NCBI GenBank assembly: GCA_963674945.2
Contig: CAXXWQ010000001.1
Span: 352,001-416,000 of the forward strand
Reading direction: 5' to 3'
DNA length: 64,000 bases
Source of the DNA: an uncultured Desulfosarcina sp.
GTDB taxonomy: Bacteria > Desulfobacterota > Desulfobacteria > Desulfobacterales > Desulfosarcinaceae
Position numbers and translations under genes: made by a program. A model generated the notes under the pieces. That model worked only from the letters and a program-made list of their open reading frames with translations, was not told the origin of the DNA and made no database searches. Shown here piece after piece: positions 37,622 through 47,562 of this stretch. Position 1 is the first letter of the stretch, and each line of letters starts with the position of its first letter.

Positions 37622-38836
37622 TTATCCCTCCGGAATATGGGGGGCGGTGGGAACAGCCGCACCCGTGTTCAAATTCTTTCCAATGGTGAGAAGAGCGAAC
37701 AGGATGGTTCCCGAACCCATGAACAGGGCAACGAGGACAAACGCCTGCCGAAGTACGAACCAGTCCATCATGATCCCTGCCAGAAGCGATCCAACGAGCA
37801 TGCCGAGGCTGTGGGCCACGGTGAGAAGGGAAATTACCGACCCCATGGCATCGCTACGGCTCCCCTGTAATACGGCGGCGGCCATGAGTGCCGGCATGGC
37901 AATGCCGCCACCCAATCCAAATGCTATGCTGGCCGCAAACATATCCCAAAAGCCGGTAGCGAGGGTGAAGGTATAGACCGCACAGGCAGCCAACAGTCCG
38001 CCGGATACCACCATGAACTTCCGGTTGGAGCGATCCGCCAGCCAGCCCATGGGCACTTGGATGGCGCCGCTGACGAAAACGCCAAGCATCACCAGGACAC
38101 CGATGGCCGAGGCGCTGATGGAAAATTCGGTGTCGGCGAATACCGGTAGAAACCCCCAGATGACGCCGATGCATGTGGTGTGAGCCAGTCGAAAGGAGAA
38201 GAGTCCGGCGATCGTTCGGTCGGTGAGGATCTTGAGCCATCCAAGGGGCCTTTTTTTCCTTTGCATCACCCGCTCCATTTTGGTGGGTGGAAGCAAGACC
38301 ATACTCATCCCGAAACCGATGAAAGACAAAATTCCCATGCAGGCGAATGCCCCGTTGAGGCTGAAGTGGTCCTTGATCACGCCACCGAGGAGCGGGCCGG
38401 CACTCAGACCAGTGAACAGGGACATGTTGAACAGTCCCATGATCCATCCCTCCCTGCCCAGTGGTGTAATATCCCCCACATATGCCTGTACCACCGGCAT
38501 GATCATGGCCGACGCGATTCCCTGGACGAAGCGAATCATGATCAGTGCCTCCACGCCGCTGGAGAGGATGAACGCCACCGAGATGGCCGCGTAGGAGAAG
38601 AGGCCTGCGACGATAAAGGGCTTCCTTCCTTTTCTATCGGAACGTCGGCCGAAATAGGGTAAAAAGAGGGTGCGGGACAGGGAGAAGGCTCCGAAGATCA
38701 AGCTGATATAGATGCCGCTGGCGCCCAGGTCGTGGGCGTATACCGGCAGCAGTGGCACCACGATACCCACGCCGGTCACGGCGGCAAAGATGGAGAAGAA
38801 GAGAACGCCGAATATTTTGCGATCGGTGGCAATCAT
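37622..38836 (-). CDS. MFS transporter
   Basis: GRRSDRKGRK motif A; 12 hydrophobic segments. Confidence 0.92.
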   Translation of the reverse strand: MIATDRKIFGVLFFSIFAAVTGVGIVVPLLPVYAHDLGASGIYISLIFGAFSLSRTLFLPYFGRRSDRKGRKPFIVAGLFSYAAISVAFILSSGVEALIMIRFVQGIASAMIMPVVQAYVGDITPLGREGWIMGLFNMSLFTGLSAGPLLGGVIKDHFSLNGAFACMGILSFIGFGMSMVLLPPTKMERVMQRKKRPLGWLKILTDRTIAGLFSFRLAHTTCIGVIWGFLPVFADTEFSISASAIGVLVMLGVFVSGAIQVPMGWLADRSNRKFMVVSGGLLAACAVYTFTLATGFWDMFAASIAFGLGGGIAMPALMAAAVLQGSRSDAMGSVISLLTVAHSLGMLVGSLLAGIMMDWFVLRQAFVLVALFMGSGTILFALLTIGKNLNTGAAVPTAPHIPEG

Positions 38837-38983
38837 GGGTGATGGAAGACACTCCCTAAAGGAATTGGAAAACCATTGTCATTGCCTGTAAAAGATGAAA
38901 TAATTATCGGCAATTTACCATTGATGACGATGACTTCCGACCCTTATACGCTAGTTTGGGTACCTTTTCGACGGTTATAATCA

Positions 38984-41125
38984 ATGTCAAAGGACAACGG
39001 CATGGACAATTACCAGACCCAGATGGAAAATGCAAAAAAAGGATTTGCGACCTTGGACCTTCCTGCCAACTTCATCGCGGATGCGTTGGATCATTTGAAG
39101 ACCTGGTTGACGGAGCCGATGTTTGCCGAATATGTTCCCCAGATCGATCATTTCATCGAGTCAAAACAGTGGGACTTTTTACTGGATTCCTTCTATCAGG
39201 TAATTCCATTCGGTACCGGGGGCCGTCGCGGTCTGGTCGGCGTGGGCCCTAATCGCATCAATCCCTGGACCATTCAGGCATCGGCACAGGGGCACAGCCA
39301 ATACCTGATCAAGGCCCATGGCGAATCGGCCAGGAGCCGGGGGCTGGTGCTGGCATTCGACGTTCGGCAGTTCACCGATACCGCCCGTTACGATGACAAT
39401 CGACCCAATCCGGTGAAGGACTTAAACTGCAGGCAACTCGCCGAAGCAGCGGCCCGGGTTTACACGGCAAACGGTATCAAGGTCTACCTGTTCGACGGCA
39501 CACGCAGCACGCCTGAGCTTTCGTTTGCCATCCGTCACCTGAACGCCGTCTCCGGGTGTATGTTTTCCGCCAGCCATAATCTGCCCACGGACAATGGCAA
39601 GAAGGTGTATGATCAATACGGCGGGCAGCTGATTCCGCCCCACGACCAGGAGCTGGTGGACGAGGTAACGGGAAACGTTGCCGCCATTCGCTCCATGGAC
39701 TTGGATGAAGCGATCGAAAAAGGCCTTCTGAGGACAATCGGCGCCGAGGTGGACGCGGCATACCGCGACGCCGTGTCGGCCATCCGGCTCAGTGATGAAA
39801 GGGGCGTGAAGATCCTCTACAGCCCGCTTCACGGAACGGGGCTCACCTCGGTCTATCCCGTTCTCCAGAAAATGGGGTTTGACATTGAACTGGATCCGGC
39901 AACGGCCAACCTGAGCGGTGCCTTTGAGAACGTCACCTTCAACATTCCCAATCCTGAGGTGATTCAGTCCTTTGATACCACCATCCCCGCCGCCGACGCC
40001 ATGGATGCGGACGTGATTATGAGCACCGATCCCGACGCCGACCGTATCGGCATCATGGTGCGGCACCATGACCAGTGGACCTTCGTAAACGGAAACGAGA
40101 TCGGTATCGTCCTGAGCGAATACGCCATCGATCAGTATCGGGAAAAGGGACGACTGACCAGTGATAACGTGATCATCAAGACAGAGGTGACCAGTTCCCT
40201 CATCGACACCATCGCCACGGAAAACGGCATTCAGTGCATCGGCGATCTTCTCGTGGGGTTCAAGTACATCGGCGCGCAGATGAATCTTCTGGAAGCGTCG
40301 GGCCGCCAGAAGGGTTTCTTATTGGGCACCGAAGAGAGTCACGGATTTCTCATGGGCAATTATGCCCGGGACAAGGATGCCGCCGGTGCCGCCGTCTGGC
40401 TGGCCGAACTCACCTCCCGGCTGAAAAAACAGGGAAAGACCCTGGTGGATTATCTGGACGGCATCTATGCGAAATATGGCTACTGCCATAACTACCTGAC
40501 CGAAATCCGGCTATTGGGGGCAAAGGGAATCGGAAAAATCAAGTCCATCATGGAGCACCTGCGAAATAACGAGATTTCGGCGGTGGGCGACTTTGCGGTT
40601 TCGGAGAAGATCGACCGTTGGAAAGGAGAGCCCCAGCCCCACCTCTCCCGCACCGATACCTCGTCGCGCAACGTGTTGATCCTCAAGCTGGACAATCTTC
40701 CCGAAACGCGCAGCATCCGCATCACCGTCAGACCATCGGGAACCGAACCCAAGTTCAAGATCTATATCGAGGTGCTGGGCCGACCCTTCGATCCGTCCGC
40801 CATGGACACGGCAAAGGCGGGGATCGTCGAGATTCAGAAAAAACTGGAAAGGGCCTTCATGAACTATTGCTACGGCATCCTGGGTGTGGATTTTCCCGAG
40901 CGGGGATTCCTTTTGTTCTGGCAGCTTCCCCTGGACGACAAACTCAAGTACTTTACGATCGAGGATGAAATCGCCGGCCTGAAGGCCGTTGCCGATGAAA
41001 AAGAGCGGAAAGCGAAACTGGACTCCCTGCTGGATTTTTTGGGTGCCAATCCCGTACGCAAGGTGGACGGGGCCTTTGCCGAGCGTTTCGGCAGCGGCAT
41101 AAAGGCCTATTTGGAGTTGGCGTAA
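38984..41125 (+). CDS. Phosphoglucomutase/phosphomannomutase
   Basis: FGTGGRRG, SASHN, DPDADR, GTEESHG, VRPSGTEPK. Confidence 0.93.
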   Translation: MSKDNGMDNYQTQMENAKKGFATLDLPANFIADALDHLKTWLTEPMFAEYVPQIDHFIESKQWDFLLDSFYQVIPFGTGGRRGLVGVGPNRINPWTIQASAQGHSQYLIKAHGESARSRGLVLAFDVRQFTDTARYDDNRPNPVKDLNCRQLAEAAARVYTANGIKVYLFDGTRSTPELSFAIRHLNAVSGCMFSASHNLPTDNGKKVYDQYGGQLIPPHDQELVDEVTGNVAAIRSMDLDEAIEKGLLRTIGAEVDAAYRDAVSAIRLSDERGVKILYSPLHGTGLTSVYPVLQKMGFDIELDPATANLSGAFENVTFNIPNPEVIQSFDTTIPAADAMDADVIMSTDPDADRIGIMVRHHDQWTFVNGNEIGIVLSEYAIDQYREKGRLTSDNVIIKTEVTSSLIDTIATENGIQCIGDLLVGFKYIGAQMNLLEASGRQKGFLLGTEESHGFLMGNYARDKDAAGAAVWLAELTSRLKKQGKTLVDYLDGIYAKYGYCHNYLTEIRLLGAKGIGKIKSIMEHLRNNEISAVGDFAVSEKIDRWKGEPQPHLSRTDTSSRNVLILKLDNLPETRSIRITVRPSGTEPKFKIYIEVLGRPFDPSAMDTAKAGIVEIQKKLERAFMNYCYGILGVDFPERGFLLFWQLPLDDKLKYFTIEDEIAGLKAVADEKERKAKLDSLLDFLGANPVRKVDGAFAERFGSGIKAYLELA

Positions 41126-41218
41126 ACAGGTTTCCCCGGATCCCGTGGGATATGGTGGGTCCGGTTTGAATACAACGAATCAAGCGACCCTTTCCATTAC
41201 CACCACCGCACATCAGTG

Positions 41219-42544
41219 TCATGGCGATAAAGTCCTGACACCGCCGGTCTCATCCAGATCGCGCCATTTGTCGAGAAGCCGAATGGCGTTCTCAATATCC
41301 TGTTTTGCTTTGGGATGGTCCGGATTCAGTTTCAAAACCTCGCTCCATGCCTTGATGGCCTTTTCAAGTTCCTCGTTTAGGAAGAATTTTACTCCTTTGC
41401 GATAGAGGGCCTCGGCGCGAGCATGGAGTTGGGCGCGTGCCTGTACAAGCAATTGGGCTGTATCCTCGTAACCTTCGTCGAGAGCGCTCAAGGTTTTTAT
41501 GGCATCGGCCTCTTTCCCCTGTTCCAGTAGCGTTTTCCCCCACGCATAGTGGGCCGCATTGAAGATGGCGTTGGCATCTTTGTTGAACGGATCCTGGACT
41601 GCAATCTCTTGGCATATCGAGATCGCTTCGGCATAGAATTTACCGTCAAGCTTGTGTCGGGCTTTTTCAACCTTCGTTTTGACAGATTCTCTCAACAGGT
41701 GCCGACGCGCTTTGTCGATGGCCTCTTTCCTGCCCGGATACCCTTGGCTGACCTGCTTCAACTGGGGGATCGCCAGAGAGTACTCCTTTTGATCCAGCAA
41801 TGCCACACCACGCTGGTAGTAGACGGCATCCTTCAATTTACGGATGTTAGGGGCGTTTGGCTGCAGTGCTTCCATATCGGATACGATCTCCAGTACTTCG
41901 TCGTAGCGCTGTTGATCGAGGACCTGCCGCGCGCGTTCGGTCAGCGCCTCGATCTCTTTCCGGGGTACGATGTACTTCGATGGCAGTTCGGGCAGCACCA
42001 GTTCGGTGGATATCTGAAGCGGTTTTTGCGGGTCCAGGTTGTTAAAGAACGCTATGGCGTATGCCTTGGTGGGATCGTTGTACACGTCGGTTGCAATCTT
42101 CGTATATGAATCACCGCGGACGACGTTGTAAACCGGGTTGCCGTCGTTGGGGAGCCGGAACTTCAGATAGTAAAAGGCTTTTCGATGTTCAGGCTTTATA
42201 CGCAATGCAACAATGAAATTGTTTCTCGCAGTGTTGATATCGCCTCTTTTATACGAATCGATCCCCATCCGATAGTGTTCTTCCGCCGTTTTATCGATTT
42301 CTTTTCCCAGCGTAGCAATCTTTTCAGGGATACTCGTGTCGTTTGGGTCCAACCGTTGAACCACTTGCCAGGCCATGAGCGCCTGCTGCAATTCTCCCCG
42401 CTTTTCGTGCATTGATGCTCTTTGCCGGTAACCTTTTTGGGGGGAATCTTGAGGGCCATTCGGCGTCGCCTGCTTTACGGAACCACATCCGTACAGCAAC
42501 AGGAAGCAAAACAAGAAGATGCAGTATCTTTGCATCGCTTTCAT
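41219..42544 (-). CDS. TPR plus LysM lipoprotein
   Basis: Lipobox LYGC; TPR helices; YNVVRGDSYTKIA...IAFFNNL LysM. Confidence 0.85.
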   Translation of the reverse strand: MKAMQRYCIFLFCFLLLYGCGSVKQATPNGPQDSPQKGYRQRASMHEKRGELQQALMAWQVVQRLDPNDTSIPEKIATLGKEIDKTAEEHYRMGIDSYKRGDINTARNNFIVALRIKPEHRKAFYYLKFRLPNDGNPVYNVVRGDSYTKIATDVYNDPTKAYAIAFFNNLDPQKPLQISTELVLPELPSKYIVPRKEIEALTERARQVLDQQRYDEVLEIVSDMEALQPNAPNIRKLKDAVYYQRGVALLDQKEYSLAIPQLKQVSQGYPGRKEAIDKARRHLLRESVKTKVEKARHKLDGKFYAEAISICQEIAVQDPFNKDANAIFNAAHYAWGKTLLEQGKEADAIKTLSALDEGYEDTAQLLVQARAQLHARAEALYRKGVKFFLNEELEKAIKAWSEVLKLNPDHPKAKQDIENAIRLLDKWRDLDETGGVRTLSP

Positions 42545-43533
42545 TGCAGATCCGCCGCATTGAAGGTTTCCAGCAGTTCTCGGAACGTGTTTAGATTCAC
42601 ATCGTTTTTCACCAATGATCGTTTGATCTTGTAATCATCGACGAAGAACGGATTGCTTCCGGGATCGCGTGTGAAGGCCGCTCGGTAACCGTATTGCTTT
42701 AGCAGTGCGACCACCATGTCGTCGCCGGTGCCGTAAGGGTAGGCAAAGTAGTGACAGGCGTGACCGGTTTGCTGGCGGATAACTTCGCGTGGGGTGCCGA
42801 TTTCCACTTTCCATGCGCTGACGAGCGCTTCGCCATTATTTCCATTTCGCGAACGTGTTCCTTTTTTTCCCGACGAACCATTGGCGCCGATGTCAAAGCC
42901 TGCGGCCGCAAGTTTCTTCACCTCTTCCCACGTCATATGACCCGGCCTGCCGATAAGGTCCGGCCGAATAAACAGCGCCGCCTTCATACGCTGGTGTAGA
43001 AGAATCGGATAGGCGATGTCGTAAGCCCAACGTTTTGTGGTGTCAAAGGTGATAACAACCGCCCTGGGGGGCAGCTGCTCATTGAGATGGAAAAAGGCGT
43101 ACAACCGGTCCAGGGAGACGGTCGTAAAACCGTTGTCGTTCAAATACGCGAGCTGTTTTGTGAACAGGTCGGCCGATACTGCTTCGGGGCGGGTCTGCTC
43201 TGCGGTGATGGTTGGATAATAGAGAACCGGGACCGTCTGGTATCCATTTTGTAAGATTCCGCCGGGTGTAACGGGTTTGAGCGGGATGACAACCTGCTGC
43301 GCCTCCCTTGTTTTGGTTATGCCGTTGTATTCGGCAATTTGCCACGCTTTGTCGATGCTGCCGAGATATCGCTCTGCCAGGCTGGCCAGCGACTCCTTCT
43401 TTTGAACGGTAACGATAAGGAAATCCTTGCCGTTGATAATGTCGGACGAGCTGGATTGCTCTGCCGGGACCGGTTTGGCGACGCAGCAGAGGGTCAGAAG
43501 CATCAGAATGGGGAGAATGCGTTTTTCAAGCAT
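42541..43533 (-). CDS. LysM plus NodB polysaccharide-deacetylase-like protein (degenerate active site)
   Basis: Signal peptide, LysM (ESLASLAERYLG...IAEYN), VVITFD, MTWEEV, FAYPYG; probable start MLEKRIL. Confidence 0.85.
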   Translation of the reverse strand: MLEKRILPILMLLTLCCVAKPVPAEQSSSSDIINGKDFLIVTVQKKESLASLAERYLGSIDKAWQIAEYNGITKTREAQQVVIPLKPVTPGGILQNGYQTVPVLYYPTITAEQTRPEAVSADLFTKQLAYLNDNGFTTVSLDRLYAFFHLNEQLPPRAVVITFDTTKRWAYDIAYPILLHQRMKAALFIRPDLIGRPGHMTWEEVKKLAAAGFDIGANGSSGKKGTRSRNGNNGEALVSAWKVEIGTPREVIRQQTGHACHYFAYPYGTGDDMVVALLKQYGYRAAFTRDPGSNPFFVDDYKIKRSLVKNDVNLNTFRELLETFNAADLQ

Positions 43534-45253
43534 GGATTCGGCTTTGGATGCGTATGGCCCTGTAAATGTCCACCGGTTCGGACCTGCCTTTGATCGATTT
43601 TTGTCCAAGATGTTCCACCTCCAGCGAGTGGCCCAGATGGTTGTGAACCTCCCGACTCACAATCACCTCTCCAGGACCTGCAAACGCATTGAGCCGTGAA
43701 GCGAGGTTAACGCTGTCGCCGATGACGGTATACTCCATTTTGGATTGGGATCCCACATTTCCCGCGACGACTTCACCGGTGTGGATGCTGATGCCTACGC
43801 TGGCAAGCAATTGATTGCCATGAAGGCTCTCTTTCATCAATTCTTCCTGGAGATAGAGAGCCGCCCGTACCGCACGATCGACATGATCCTGCCTGTACAC
43901 GGGTACACCGAAGACACCAAGGACCGCATCACCGATAAATTTATCGATATAACCGCCATACTTGATAATCACCCGGGTCGCCATTTCAAGATACGTGTTC
44001 AATGTTTCGACCACTTGCTCCGGCGCCCTGCTTTCGGCAAATGCGGTAAACCCCCTGACGTCTCCCAGGAGAATCGTGGCTTCGTTGCGGGTTCCTTTCA
44101 GCCATTGCGTTTCAGGGTTGGCAAGAATCATATCCAATACTTCGTTGCCCACATATTTCCCGAACGATTTCTGGGTCATGGCGTTTTTCCATAACTCCTG
44201 GCCCATTTTGTTGAATGAGGCGCCCAGGGTGCCCAACTCATCATTGCGTGTAACGGGAACACGGTACTGATAGTTCCCTCTGGCGATCTCCTGGGTTGCC
44301 TTGAGAAGATGAGAGATGGGGCGGGAGAAACGGAAGCCGTAAAGAATCGCAATGATCAGTCCGACGACGAGGATACCCAGGGTGATCAATACGATGGAGA
44401 TGCGCTCGCGTTGGATCAGATCTTCGATGAAGTTGAGTGAGATGCCCACGTGAACCTGCCCTAACGGTTTTTCCTTGAAACGGATATCCCGGTAGAGGTC
44501 GAGCAGGCGTTCCCCATCCGGGCGACTATAGCTGTAATAGGTGACATCGTTCTTGACGGTTGTTTTCGGATTTTCGGCAAACTGCTTGAACGGCACCCCG
44601 ATGAGATTGATGTCGGTATGGGCTTTAATCAAATTGTTGGGTCCGACAATCAGGGCATAGCGCAGTCCTTCAACGTGTGCCGCCTCCTTGATCAAGGTGT
44701 TGAGCCGCAGGATATCATCTTCCAGAAGAGGAATGGGGGCATTATTGGCAAAATAGTTGAGGCTGACCATACCGAGGCGGACGGTCTGTTCGTGGAGGCG
44801 CTCTTTTTGCTGGTTCAGCACCGCCATGCTGAGGGTAAAGATCGTCAGAACGATGATGAACGTCGTGGCCACGGCCATTTGAATCCACATGGGGATACGA
44901 GTGCGGGGAATGCGCTCAAAATAGGCGCCGTACTTGTAGGAGAGCAATTCGCGAATATCGTCGGCCAGCGAGTTGACTTCAATCTGATATTCGGCATTGA
45001 TCGTACGGATAATTTCAGACTCGGCCGCAAACCCGAGATCCACGATAACCCGGCCCAGTCGTACGGCTCTGCCTTTCTGGACAAGTGTTTCACGCTGACT
45101 GTCCAGTGCGGATTTGAGTTGAAACTCCGTGATAATGTTGTTGCGTTTGAGAACCTCGCCGATGAAGAGGTCGTCGCGTGTCACTTGTCCCCGGCGCAGG
45201 CGTTCACGCAACCTTTTGAAGAAAGTGATGATTGACCGTCGAAGAGAGCGCAT
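43526..45253 (-). CDS. Membrane class III adenylate cyclase with HAMP and MshEN-like N-terminus
   Basis: GDVRGFT, IDKFIGDAV, EYTVIGDSVNLASRL; two TM segments; HAMP. Confidence 0.92.
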   Translation of the reverse strand: MRSLRRSIITFFKRLRERLRRGQVTRDDLFIGEVLKRNNIITEFQLKSALDSQRETLVQKGRAVRLGRVIVDLGFAAESEIIRTINAEYQIEVNSLADDIRELLSYKYGAYFERIPRTRIPMWIQMAVATTFIIVLTIFTLSMAVLNQQKERLHEQTVRLGMVSLNYFANNAPIPLLEDDILRLNTLIKEAAHVEGLRYALIVGPNNLIKAHTDINLIGVPFKQFAENPKTTVKNDVTYYSYSRPDGERLLDLYRDIRFKEKPLGQVHVGISLNFIEDLIQRERISIVLITLGILVVGLIIAILYGFRFSRPISHLLKATQEIARGNYQYRVPVTRNDELGTLGASFNKMGQELWKNAMTQKSFGKYVGNEVLDMILANPETQWLKGTRNEATILLGDVRGFTAFAESRAPEQVVETLNTYLEMATRVIIKYGGYIDKFIGDAVLGVFGVPVYRQDHVDRAVRAALYLQEELMKESLHGNQLLASVGISIHTGEVVAGNVGSQSKMEYTVIGDSVNLASRLNAFAGPGEVIVSREVHNHLGHSLEVEHLGQKSIKGRSEPVDIYRAIRIQSRIHA

Positions 45254-45828
45254 CTATATGTTGAACTCCACTGTGATACCCCGAAAAGGGTACGCCGATA
45301 GTGCCGAATTCATCACGTTTCGGCATTGATCTGTTTGGGTTGCCGCCGTGCAACACGGTGGCCTGCTCCGTTACATGGGTATGACGGTTCGGGTGTAAGC
45401 GGGTGGCTATCTGCCATGAGTGACACTATAGAGGCATAACACCTTGTTGTCAAAGGGATTGACTCTTGGTTGCGATCGATATTGCATCACCGGTGGATAT
45501 CCGCCGCCACCCCGTTTCGGCATAACCCCAGGGAGAAAACATGTTGCAGGGCGGGTGAATCACCCACACCCTTGACGCTGGCTTCGGATGCCTGTAATTC
45601 TCCATGATTGCAGTGTATCTTGTCCAACGCCGGTACCCCCCCCCGGACCCGGATTTTTCCCCTGCCCTGTCCGCAATCTTTCCTCCGATCATTTTTTTAA
45701 ATAAAAAATTACACAATCGTATGTTTTTTCTCATTTTAATTACATTAGTGTCGTTGATGAATTCGATGGAAAATACGTTTTATAAAGATATTTTTAAATA
45801 TATCAATTTATTGAATGGAATATAGAGT

Positions 45829-45845
45829 TCGGTATGCAATGTGCA
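45829..45845 (+). promoter_or_regulatory. Probable sigma-54 promoter of amtB
   Basis: CGGTATGCAATGTGCA (GG-N10-GC) preceded by an AT-rich IHF-like tract. Confidence 0.55.
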
Positions 45846-45926
45846 ATTTCCTCATGGGCTTTACACATCTGTCGCTCTTTATTTCGCTAACTTACAAAAT
45901 TGAAAAGGATGAGAAGGGGAGGTTGA

Positions 45927-47255
45927 ATGAAGCTCTACGTGAAAAGTGCCATTGGTCTGTTTTCCTTGCTGCTTGTCCCCGTCGCTGCCCTTGCGGCGGA
46001 ACCCGCTGTTGTGGATACGGGCACGACGGCATGGATGTTGATATCCACTGCCCTGGTTTTGCTTATGGTTCCCGGTCTCGCCATGTTCTACGGCGGGCTG
46101 GTTCGCACAAAGAACGTCTTGGGCACCATGATGCACAGCTTCGTATCCATTGCCATCATCGGTGTGTTGTGGGTGGTGTGCGGCTATGCCCTGGCCTTTG
46201 GCAAGGGGATTTTAGGCGGATTCGTGGGCTGGAATAGCGACTATTTCATGCTCAAAGGGATCGACGATGCCATCGTCGACGGGGTTCCGGAATACGTGCT
46301 GGCCATGTTTCAGGGAAAATTTGCCATCATCACCCCGGCCCTGATCAGTGGTGCACTGGCCGAACGCGTCTATTTTCGGGGGTACACCCTGTTCATCATC
46401 CTCTGGTTCCTTTTTATCTACTGTCCTTTGTGCCACTGGGTATGGGCCGCGGACGGCTGGCTTTTCAACAGCGGCGCCGCCGGCGTCATCGATCTGGCCG
46501 GCGGACTGGTCATCCATGTCTCCGCCGGTGTCAGCGCCCTGGTGGTGGCCCTTTTCCTCGGACCGCGAAAGGGTTTTCCCAAAGCGGTCATGGCACCCAA
46601 CAACCTGGTCATGACCATGATGGGTGCCGGTCTGCTATGGGTGGGATGGTTCGGTTTCAATGCCGGGTCAACGGTGCAAAGCGGCCTGGATACGGCCCGT
46701 GCGTTGACCATGACCCAGGTCTCTGCGGCCAGTGGCGCATTGACCTGGATGATCATCGAAGGATTCTCCTTCCGAAAAGTTACCTCACTGGGCTTCGTAT
46801 CCGGCATCTTGGCCGGGTTGGTGGTCATCACGCCCGCTGCGGGCGTCGTTCAGCCCGCCGCCGCCATCATTTTGGGGGCCTTGTCCAGTATCGCCTGCTA
46901 TTATGCCCTGAACGCGAAGATGAAAATCGGATATGACGACAGCCTGGACTGCTTTGGCATTCACGGGGTGGGCAGCGGGCTGGGGGTCCTGTTGCTCAGC
47001 TTCTTCATTCGCGACAGCTGGATGGCCGCAGCCCGGGAAAACATCTCTGACTGGACGGCCTGGAGTCAGTTTCTCGTTCAGCTGAAGGGCATGGGGGCAA
47101 CCATCCTGCTGGCTGTCGTGGGGACTTTGGTCATCTGCGTCGTAATCGAAAAGACCGTGGGTTTTCGTATCGACGAGCAAAGCGAGTTCGATGGTATGGA
47201 CAAATCGTTGCACAGTGAGAATGGATATGGCCTGATATTTCCCGAATCCAGATAG
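45927..47255 (+). CDS. amtB: Ammonium transporter
   Basis: LMVPGLAMFYGGLVR, FAIITPALISG, DLAGGLVIH, LLWVGWFGFNAGS, DDSLDCFGIHG. Confidence 0.96.
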   Translation: MKLYVKSAIGLFSLLLVPVAALAAEPAVVDTGTTAWMLISTALVLLMVPGLAMFYGGLVRTKNVLGTMMHSFVSIAIIGVLWVVCGYALAFGKGILGGFVGWNSDYFMLKGIDDAIVDGVPEYVLAMFQGKFAIITPALISGALAERVYFRGYTLFIILWFLFIYCPLCHWVWAADGWLFNSGAAGVIDLAGGLVIHVSAGVSALVVALFLGPRKGFPKAVMAPNNLVMTMMGAGLLWVGWFGFNAGSTVQSGLDTARALTMTQVSAASGALTWMIIEGFSFRKVTSLGFVSGILAGLVVITPAAGVVQPAAAIILGALSSIACYYALNAKMKIGYDDSLDCFGIHGVGSGLGVLLLSFFIRDSWMAAARENISDWTAWSQFLVQLKGMGATILLAVVGTLVICVVIEKTVGFRIDEQSEFDGMDKSLHSENGYGLIFPESR

Positions 47256-47273
47256 TGCATGCAAAAATGCGCC

Positions 47274-47305
47274 GGTTGAAGAGCGCGATAACGCGCTCTT
47301 CAACC
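47274..47305 (+). terminator. 14-bp hairpin after amtB
   Basis: GGTTGAAGAGCGCG-ATAA-CGCGCTCTTCAACC. Confidence 0.6.
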
Positions 47306-47562
47306 ATCCTTTCCACAAAGGCGGCTTTCGGGAATCGAACCGAAGGACCGCCGCCACAACGGTTTTGCGTGAAATGTCCCGCCCAAATCCAGGGTCTCTT
47401 TTTCATTCCAATTCTTTATCGAACCAATATCGCAAATCGGGCTTAAGTAATCCTTGCGATGACCGAAAAGGATTTATAATATCAAACTGTTTCGGAAGTG
47501 AGAGCTGATGATTTGTTTGATTTTCCAACAGATTCGACGGTCGATCTTCTCGCTACTCCATT

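Noticed and set aside
45254..45800. Possible riboswitch, ncRNA or tRNA in the long intergenic region
   Set aside because: No recognisable conserved motif by eye; consistent with divergent promoter DNA. An Rfam scan would be needed to exclude it.
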